Of a stretch of DNA of 64,000 nt, positions 54,661 to 64,000 are shown one piece after another. Source of the DNA: the human T2T-CHM13v2.0 reference genome, Homo sapiens; the NCBI RefSeq assembly GCF_009914755.1, contig NC_060926.1, one strand, 5' to 3'. The stretch's first letter is position 1. Every line of letters starts with the position of its first letter. The translations under genes and the position numbers were made by a program. Under the pieces are notes generated by a model. That model did not search any database, was not told the origin of the DNA, and worked only from the letters and a program-made list of their open reading frames with translations.

Positions 54661-57162
54661 CTCCCTGTAAGGCAGATATTGCAGCCACCTTTTCTTTCCA
54701 GGTTTACCAAAATAAATGCAGGGGGAACTATGGATGGAGCATTTTTTGCCCTGTTTGACAGGAAAGTGGCTGTTTGATCTTCCTTTGTGCTATAGGAATC
54801 TTCAGAAATCTCTTGGAAAATCTCATAAACCTATGTTAGTGGCCACATATGGGATCCATTAACTCCTCATTTCTGCTTGTTCTTAGCAAATTTTTGTCTG
54901 GTGACAACATAAAAACTTTGGATTGTTTTTGTTTTGCTTCACACCAGAGAGAACTCTGTTGACTGGCTTTAGTTTTGAGAAAATATTCAGCAAAAAGCAG
55001 ACCGGGTTTGGAGTGAAATAACTAATTCTAAGTAAAGCTTGGTGGAACATTTGGTTCATGAGGAAGTAGGGGGACATTTTTCTTCTTTGGGTTTCAGGGG
55101 GATTCCAGAGTTGCCAGTGTTCTGGGAAGACGTCTCCTTTTCTGATGAAATTGAATAAGAAATCCGGGCTTTCTTCCTATCTCCAACTATGTGTATGGTG
55201 TGATTTTGGAATAGTGGAGTGGTCTCTCTTAGTTTCTCAATGTTTGTTTTCTAAATAGAGGACAAAGCAGCAACATACTCTTTTGCAAGACACGCCAATA
55301 TCCTTAGATAAAAAGGTGTTAAATAATGACATCATACCAGTATTTGGAACTAAAATTACTCGTGTATGACAAAAACCAGATTGGAGGATGTTAACTCAAA
55401 GTAGACAGAGAGAAATTTAGAAGAAAATTGGCTTTTATTTTTCTGTTTTAAGTAATTAATAAATGAAACACAACAATCTGCGCTTTCACCCACAGGCAGC
55501 ATCAGGGGACATCAAACATTGCCTTTGAAGTGGGCCCCCAGTAGGGAGGACCCCACTGTTCAGGCTACTTTATAGTGGTAATATACTGTCTGGAAAAAAC
55601 AGATGCCAAGAAATTGTGCAGATTGTATCTCTGAGCATCTGAAACCCTAAAACTTCAGGGGGCCAAGGAAGGTCCCAGCCCTTTGATTTTTTTTCTCTTA
55701 AAAAAAAAAAATTGGCCTAAAGTATTAAATTGAAACAGGCACTTCATTTCTTTCCTTCATTTCTCCCTTCACCTCAGGAGACCTACGTTAAATTCCACTT
55801 AGATCACAGCTAGATGTGGGTTTGATGGTCTCAAGCCACCTTTTAACTGTACGTTCATCCCATAAATAGAAGACGAATAAAGATGTCAAACTTCATCCAT
55901 ATGATATTCTGACACACGTGGCTCTCTCTGTTAAAGAGGAGCTCAGATGAAGATGGGCTACAATGGATTCTACAGAGCAGAGAACTGCAACAAACCACAG
56001 TGAATTTGCACACATAAACAAGAGCAGTGTGGATTACAAGACGGTAGTTGGCAGAGATTCACTTGTCAATGTCGTTCTGAATGGATGTTTGCAGAAGGAC
56101 AGCAATTGGGCTGGTGAATTCAGTGTGGGCCACTTTCCTAAAGCCATCGTCATCAAACTTTGTGTTTAAATGTCTGTTTTCCAGGGCAAGCCAAGTAAGG
56201 CCTATGCTTAAAACAAGGTGTTTTGAAATCAGATTTAGCTCTTCATGTTCTGAGTAAAGATACAGGGATACTAATTTGGGGATTATGCTATTAAGATTTA
56301 CACATTTATCTGTGTCCTAACTAGGCAAAGAACCAAATCTAACAACTGGAAAGCAAGAAATATACTGCCAAATATTGGTAATTTCTTCCCTGGAATACTC
56401 ATGGCTATTTTTAGTTTGTTAATGTAAAAAGCAGTGAGATGAAAAGTGAAGTGATCTGTTTCCAGAAGAAAAACCGGTCAAATCTTCATTAATAATTCCT
56501 GTAGAACGCTCCATGGGCCTTTATCTGACAGCGTGACAAGCTGAACTAAACAACAGAGACTGTAGGAATGTAAAAGACATAATCTTAACACCAAACCTTC
56601 TGAAGATTTGGCTGTCATTTTACATTAAAGGCAAAGGGTAAAAACCTCCATTGAACAGACAGAGTTTGCAGCATGATTATAGTGCTAAAATTTAGTGGGG
56701 AAGAAAAAGCTGACATCAGAGTTAGTAAATGGTGGTGTTGCAGGGTATCGAACAACTAAGCTTTCTTTGCATGACTAGCTGGAGGTTTTTGAGTGTGACG
56801 GATATGACGCAGGTATGATGAGATGTAATTTAATGATTTTTAGGCCTGGTGACAAATCTTCATTATCAATAAAGACCGTGTAACAAGTGTTGAGCTATAA
56901 CCATTGCATAAAAACTAACTCAAGAGTCTAGACTCTGCTTATATTTCCATATAGTGATTTATACTTCCCAATGTCTTTACATATTATAGTGTCTATTGAA
57001 TCATGACAATGCTATGGGGCAGTCAGGGTAAACATTATTATGCTCTTCTACAAATGAGGAGCTCAGTCAGAAATACAAAAGGACTTGTCCAGGGTTAATT
57101 ACCTGGTAAATATCTGGGTTGAGATTAGATCCAGTTTTTCTGCCTTTGTACCTGTGCTTTTG

Positions 57163-57190
57163 CTCTCTCTGTCTCTCTCTCTCTCTCTCC

Positions 57191-57243
<53 letters not shown>
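57163..57243. repeat. Compound (TC)n(TA)n(CA)16(TA)n microsatellite
   Basis: Read directly from the sequence. Confidence 0.93.
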
Positions 57244-57261
57244 AAAATACAATATATTTTA

Positions 57262-57580
57262 ATTTTATCTTTATTTTTTAGAGACAGGGTCTTGCTCTGT
57301 TGCCTAGGCTGGAATGCAGTGGTGTGATCATACCTCACGGCAATCTTGAACTCCTGGACTCAAGCAGTCCTCACCATTCGGTCTACCAAGTAGCCAGGAC
57401 TACAGGCATGAACCATCACATCCAGGCAGGTTTTTTTTTTTTTTTTAATTTTTATTTTTTATGGAGGCAGGGGCTTGTTATGCTGCACGGGCTGGTCTTG
57501 AACTCCTGGCCTCAAGTGATCCTCCTGCCTCAGACTCTCAGAGAGCTAGGATGATAACTGTGAGCCATCATGCCTGGCCT
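57262..57580 (-). mobile_element. AluJ element
   Basis: gagacagggtcttgctctgttgcctagg...cttgaactcctggactcaagc; TSD caatatatttta at 57250 and 57581. Confidence 0.92.
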
Positions 57581-60500
57581 CAATATATTTTAAAAATAAA
57601 AACAAGTGCAAGCTGCAAAAGTTGAATAGATCAGTGTCTATCCAGGCAAAGATTTCAGAAAAGAGTTAGAGTTAGCAAGAATAGATATAAAGGCAATGAG
57701 CAAGGGCTATGGGAGCACATTTATGTTGCAGCTCCTCAAAGTTGCAGGTCTTCTTGTCCATCATGTGAGCAAAATTAAGGCAGGAAATTGTCTGTTATTG
57801 TGGTGTGGCTACTTTTCCTAAGATCACATGATAATTCATAATTAATGATACACTAACAGTAACTCACACTTCTAAAGTACTTATTTTATGTCAGGCTGTA
57901 TTCTAAGCCCTGTACTGTACATCGATTCATTTACTTCCTATGGGGTAGGTTTTAATATTATTCCCATTTTATTGACAAGGAACCTATAACTTCATCTGTC
58001 AGAGTTTTTAGCTGGGAATCATTCTGCAATAAGGTTAAGAGGTATTATAGAAGTCTGTTTGGGCCAGCCTTTAAAATAGTGTACATAATATCTCAGGCTG
58101 CAGAGAGAGAGAGAGAGAGATGAGAGGAAAGAGAGAAAGAAAGATGGTGGGAGTGGTGAAGGCTGGGAAGGCATCTCTCTCTCTCCTCATTCTCTCTCTC
58201 ACTTTATCAATATTTCCTGAGCACACCCTGTCAATGCTCCCTTTGTTAATAACCTTTCAGTTCTTTCAGAGCAAAGGTTGGCCTGCAGCTTTCTCCCCTT
58301 CCTGCTGCCTGTCAGGAGAGGAAATCGCAGCTTTCAGAGGGACCTGACACAGGGGGAACTGGATAGCACCAAGGGGTCAAGGGTAAGAATGCAGGGAACA
58401 GTGAGAAATCCCAGATAGTGTCCAGCCGGGGCTAGGCAGGAAAGGCTCTGTCACATGTGCTCCTCCTGTTTGCTGTCTTTGGTTCCTGCAGGAAAGAAAA
58501 TCACAGCAGATTTTGCGTGACCATGGTGCACACTCAGCCATCCAAACTGCTAGAGAACAATCGAGGGCTTTAGGGGAGGCGTTATCTGAGACTGTGGTTT
58601 TGCCAATTTCCTGTGTATAAATAAGCCAGGAAATTTAACTGAAATGATGTGGTATTGGTTAGATAACATAGATTTATGTAAAATTCATTATCAGATCCTA
58701 TTGATCTAATAACCTAAGTGGCAAATCACACTGTGCGTAGTGGCAATGGGGTACGGAAAACACCTTATGAGAAGAGCACATTATGAAACCTCGCTTTGCG
58801 ATCATCCAGCAGATTCCCTTCAGTGCATCTCAGTTGAAACTGAACTTCTGACCCCATTAAGAATGGGGTACAATGCATGCACCTTTCCTCCATCTATCTT
58901 GGCTGCTTCTGCTCTGCCTTGAGGACTTGGCTTTTGACAAGAACACACTTCTTCACAGAGGTCAGTGTGTCCTGATGTCAATCTCCTTCAGCACATTTTG
59001 CTCAGGGTTCAGGTCTCCCGAGTTATGAAAGGACGATCAGATACAGGCAACAAAATGACAGACCAGGAGGTCACTGGTTAAAGGGCTGGCATTGATTGTT
59101 TTGCTAGTGATGTTTCTAATTCCCATTAACTTTCACTAAGAATTATGTGTATGGAGCATGAGGAGGAGGCACGCTTATTAACTGAGTGTTACTCTCCCAC
59201 TGGCAGTGAATACTACCATTTATTAATGAAGCTGCATGCTCTCAAAACATCTAATTGTAAAGATCATAGAATTTTAAACCTAGAATGGGCATTAGAGATC
59301 ATTTAGTCAACTCCCTCACTTTAAAGAAGAGGAAACAGGTCCTGGGAGGCTAATCACTTACTCCAGGAAGGTCATTTAGTTAGTGGCAGAGTCAGGGCTC
59401 CACCCATACCCCACCCCCACCTATGCCACACTGACAAATTAACAAGTTTTAAATAGCTTCTAACACTTTCGGAGCCAGAGTGTGAAGTTCAATCTGTACT
59501 GCATATGGGTGCATATGGAATTTGAGGCATATTTAGTGGCTAGAGGCTATGGGCAGGTTATCTTTTAAAAATGCAAATTGCTATGTACTAAATAAAATGA
59601 ATGTAAGTTTGAGGAAGTTCGTTCAGCTGGAGCTAATAGGCAATAGTGTTAATTAGTCCAAGGGAATGGGTCCAGTTTCCGCAAGGGCCAATTAGCTTCA
59701 TACAATGGGGAAAAAAAAAGACTGTTTCCTAGACTTGGACTGTACCCCAAACTCAGCCCGCCTTGTCCCTGGGGAAACCAGGTGAGAGAGTGAGAATGAC
59801 ACAGCACAAATTCCCCTCCCCTGCTGGAAAAACAACTCAAGGCATTTCTCAGTGGAATCACCTTCCTACATTCAGGACAGATGTTTTGGAAAAAGTTGTA
59901 TTAAGGCTGAAACATGGGGCTTCCTTGGAGCACATTTTCACACCCATTCTCCTCCCTTCTTTATGAAATGATGGTGACAGGGATTTTTACTGGAGTTTTG
60001 CAGATTAGCATCAAAGACCCAGAGAGGTAAAGTTATATTTTTTCACCCAGACGCAGGCAGTGAGAGAGAGCATTGGTTCAGGAGCTGGACCCAAGTCATT
60101 CGGACTTTTCATTGAACTAGATACAGCTTACCATAGGCACAGAGCTACCGCTTTCCCAACACAAAGAGGAAAAATGAAGGCATTCTGAGCTGCATTGATG
60201 TACTGGGTGTTTGCCCAGCTAGAAAGCCTGTTTCTTCTCCGTGACTGGGCCAAAAATAAAAAAAAAGAAACACGTGGTCACAATTCAACTGCAGTTTTCC
60301 TTGGCAAAATATAAACAGGCCCAAATGAGAAGTCTCCTGTAGTGCTGCCTGAAACGGCCCTGGCCCTATTTCATGAGTCCAAAATCAGCGACACATTGAT
60401 GAGGATGGGGGAGGAAAGAGTGAGCACAGCAGAGAAAGGAAACTTTAAAATACACAAGTGAAGGCACAGCACATACAACTTCCATGTCTGTCTGGCCCTT

Positions 60501-61372
60501 TTTGGTTAATTATTGCTTATTTCAGGCCATGACTGTTTGTACAATGGTGACCTAGTTTATCCAGATTGGCTTTATCCTTTACAGAAATAACTAAAAATTT
60601 GTCAGTATCAAATGTAAAGCAGTCAAAAAGAGGCACCCAGTGTCTACAGATATTAAGTGGAGCCAAGCAACTAAGTCATAACCTTAGACACTTTACAATG
60701 TTCTCCCAGATAAAGCAGATTTTAAGCACCATAACTGAGATTGCTCCTCATTTTAACTATATTGTCTTTTGACAACATGAACACATTAACTATTGTTCAA
60801 AAAGATTTTTATACATCACTACACAATTCAGCCAGCACTTAGATTGAATTCTATTTAATCCAAGAATTCCTGGCCATAATGCAGAGAGTTTGGGCAGCTT
60901 CTCTTTTACTCTTACCTAAGGTATTTTATTAAATGCTTATGGTTTCCGTGAAACTTATGTTCATAACTGAACAGAAAGCAGCCAAGACAAGCAAGAATAG
61001 CTTCTCAATGGACATTCTTTTTCCTGGCATCTCATATCCATTTGGGTGGGAGTTCAACAACAGGCTAGCAAGTTTTTCTCTTTGGGCCCGTACCAGAGGC
61101 CTGATCTCATCTGATTGTTCAGTGCTAGCATGGTGAGGTTGGGAATTATAATTGAGAACCTACTGACAATCAGGTTATTGTTTGATCTAAGCTGAGATGG
61201 TAATAGAAAGGTCAAAGTTGTTGGAAGGGGTGCAGGTATCATTTGGTCTAGCCCTCAATTCTTTCCAGTCTCTCTTCCATACCTCTATTTATAGGAAATG
61301 CACTTTTCCGTGAGGAAGCCCATTCTAGTTTTGGCCACTTCTAATTGTGATAAAGTTGTTCTTTAAAATAAG

Positions 61373-62103
61373 TGAAACAGGAAATTTTCCGTGACCCCTT
61401 GGGGCACCTCGCTTACTCAGCCTGCTGCAGTTAACCCCTCACGGGAGGGGGAGCACTCAGGTGAGTGGGTGCAGGAGCCAGGACAAGTGTTTCTGGGCAC
61501 TGGCAGGAGCAGAACTCTGTGCAGCCTCACAGCAGCTTCTGGAGCCCCAGAGGGCATACGTTACAGTGCTCTTTTAGCTTTGCCATCCATGGATAGCTTA
61601 AGTGTTAAACAACTCAACTGCCCACATCCGTGGCTCCCAAGCTCTTGTTTGGTGTCCAAGAAGAATCAGGTCACATGAACGAATTGGAGAGTAGTGAATA
61701 CAGAGGATTTTATTGCTGATGAAAGTGGCTTTCAGTGGGAAGGGGAGCTGGAAAGGGGGTGGAGCAGGCAGGTGGTCTTCCCCTGGAGTCTGGCCATCCC
61801 TGACCAGGCTCTTCTCCAAAGTCCCACCGTCAAGCCATCCTTCTGAAGTCAAGCTGCTTCTCTCTGACGTCTGGCTGCTTCTCTTCTCTCCTTCTCTGCT
61901 GCTCCTCTGCCAGTGGAGCCTGGGGTTTTTATGGGTATGGGATGGGGGACGGGGTGGGCCAGGGTGGTTTTGGAAAAGGCAACATTTGAGTGGGAAAATG
62001 GGGATGTTCTCACTTTGGGCCACGGTTCTAGGCTTGAGGGTGGGGCTTCACCAGGGACCCCTTCCTTTTCTGCCTAGAATTTCTCTGCCTCCTGTTCCCA
62101 TCA
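61373..62103 (-). mobile_element. ERV1 solo LTR, LTR27/LTR28/LTR1 (HUERS-P) family
   Basis: Minus strand starts tgatgggaacaggaggcagagaaattctaggcagaaaagg...ccccaccctcaagcc; TG...CA ends; perfect 4-bp TSD taag (61369-61372 / 62104-62107). Confidence 0.88.
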
Positions 62104-62684
62104 TAAGGAGATACTGGCTTCTTATGTAACTTTGAACCACTGGTCCTGGTCTGCCCCCTAGAACCAAAAAACACAAGTTCAATCCCTGTTCTATCTTATA
62201 GATATTATGTATTAAAATCCAGCTATCTTTAACTTATGAATTTATTCAGTTTGCAGCTTATAGTGTCTATAGTGTCTTATTCAAAGTTGAATAGACCTGT
62301 ATCTTCCCATAAGGAGTCTTCAGTCCATTTGTGTTCATGTCTCTTCTTCAATCTAAAATCTCTCAGTTCTCTCAACTTTTTACAAAACACAGAAACTTCT
62401 GTAATTTGGTTCTCCTCCTCTAGACTTCACAAGGAAAATATTATTACTAATGATAGTTATTGAGGATCCACTGCAAATTTGGTCCTGGACTGGGTTCTAT
62501 AATAATCCTAACTATTCTGCAAGGTTAGTATTAGGTGAGTATTAGTCCTAACTATCCTGCAAGGCCTGTATTAGCCACGAGGAACTGCGTGGCTCATAAA
62601 GTAAGTGATCTTGGTTCACACAGCTAGTATGCGCTAGGTGGGCTATCTGAACAAACGTTGACCCCCAAACCTCCAGTTTGAGAC

Positions 62685-62714
62685 TGTGTGTGTGTGTGTA
62701 TGTGTGTGTGTGTG
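62685..62714. repeat. Interrupted (TG)n microsatellite
   Basis: Read directly from the sequence. Confidence 0.9.
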
Positions 62715-63473
62715 TTTAAGGGGTAGCAACTGGAATTGAAGATAGTGCATTGTCTCTACCTTGTTCATAGTAGAGAAGACCATCTCCCTTATATATGAAA
62801 GCAAATAGCTCTTAGTGGTAACACTTTCTTTTGGGTACTTCACTACATCACATAAAATATAGTAAAGTACATTGATATCCCACATGAAATGTATTTCTTA
62901 TCATAAAATTTTTGAAAGGATTTTAAAACAATCTTTTGAAAAAAATTTTATCAAGAGTGACTCAGTTAATTTATGATTGGCAATGATTTCTTGGCAGGCA
63001 TCGTGCATACTCAGAAATTCTTATAAAATGAGAAAATCTAACCTACAAATTGTTTTCAAATGTAATGAAATTTTTATGAACACTAAATATAACAAATAAT
63101 GAAGTTGACATCATGTTACATTTTGTGGATGTTTAATTAAACATTAATTTCAATCTATCAGTTTTATATTTTAGAAACGGTAAATCTTTTGAGGTCTTAA
63201 AACATTTTTATAAGCCTTTGAAAGGAACACAGGCTGTAAGTGCTGTGTGGTAAGAGACTAAATAACACTGAGTCTTTCACATTATTTGGCTGAGACAGAA
63301 AAGCCACTACATCCATGGTGTGGCTTAAGACGGTGACCACTGCTTCTTTTGGAGGCCATATTATTGACTTTCCTTTTCCTCCTGTGGCCCTGTCAGCCTA
63401 TCTTCCTCATTCTGGAAACTGGATAAAAGGGTCCTCTATTGGACAAAGTTTCGTGGGTCTTTCAGCTTCTCTT

Positions 63474-63873
63474 TGCTACTGGAAAGGGGTCCCCATTCAG
63501 ACCCCAGAAGAGGGTTCTTGGATCTTGCACAAGAAAGAATTCGGGGCGAGTCCATAGAATAAAGTGAATGCAAGTTTATTAAGAAAGAAAAGGAATAAAA
63601 GAATGGCTATTCCATAGGCAGAGCAGCCCTGAGGGCTGCTGGTTGCCCATTTTTATGGTTATTTCTTTATTATATGCTAAACAACGGGTGGATTATTCAT
63701 GCCTTCCCTTTTTAGATCATATAAGATAAATTCCTGATGTTGTCATGGCATTTGTAAACTGTCATGGAACTGTTGGGAATGTAGCAGTGAGGATGACCAG
63801 AGGCCAGTCTCATCAACATCTTGGATTTGGTGGGTTTTAGCTGGCTTCTTTACTGCAACCTGTTTTATCAGCA
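63474..63873 (-). mobile_element. MER41 (A/B-like) ERV1 LTR, 3' part
   Basis: tgctactggaaaggggtcccc...gagggttcttggatctt...gcaagtttattaagaaag...ggcttctttactgcaacctgttttatcagca. Confidence 0.9.
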
Positions 63874-64000
63874 TTTTTTTTTTTTTTGAGACAGAGTCTT
63901 GCTCTGTCGCCCAGGCTGGAGTGCAGTGGCATGATCTCAGCTCACTGCAGCCTCTGCCTCCTGGGTTCCAGTGATTATCCTGCCTCAGCCTCCTGGGTAG
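63874..64000 (-). mobile_element. Alu inserted into MER41 (runs off window end)
   Basis: Poly-T then gagacagagtcttgctctgtcgcccaggctggagtgcagtgg. Confidence 0.93.

Noticed and set aside
53564-54758. Cluster of 80-142 aa plus-strand ORFs
   Set aside because: Several overlap in different frames, some have non-ATG starts, and none resembles a known protein; better explained by higher GC content
61391-62129. 141-, 138- and 95-aa ORFs
   Set aside because: Essentially within a solo LTR; no gag/pol/env sequence present

Overview
Primate (very likely human or great ape) non-coding genomic DNA, intergenic or deep intronic. I find no intact protein-coding gene, RNA gene or CRISPR array. Roughly half the window is interspersed repeats: Alu/FAM/FLAM, L1PA/PB/MA/MC, L2, MIR, MaLR and ERV solo LTRs, and hAT/Tigger DNA transposons, many nested with readable target-site duplications (TSDs). 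The only gene-derived sequence is a heavily decayed, intronless KRAB zinc-finger retrocopy (~9.5-11.4 kb, ZNF555/ZNF77-type), split by an MLT1E-like LTR. The most notable items are: (1) a 51-bp inverted templated copy replacing a deleted stretch of an old L1 (39109-39159, donor 39783-39832); (2) a near-consensus CTCF site plus AP-1 site inside an old ERVL LTR (16537-16559); (3) a repeat-poor RUNX/ETS/GC-box cluster with a candidate minus-strand exon (53.9-54.7 kb); (4) a 7+15-unit GGAA microsatellite; (5) a perfect 28-bp triplication; (6) a three-level LTR/LTR/MER1A nest. I do not see evidence for a new biological system. Repeat subfamily names come from remembered consensus sequences, not a search. 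Boundaries are approximate unless a TSD is quoted.
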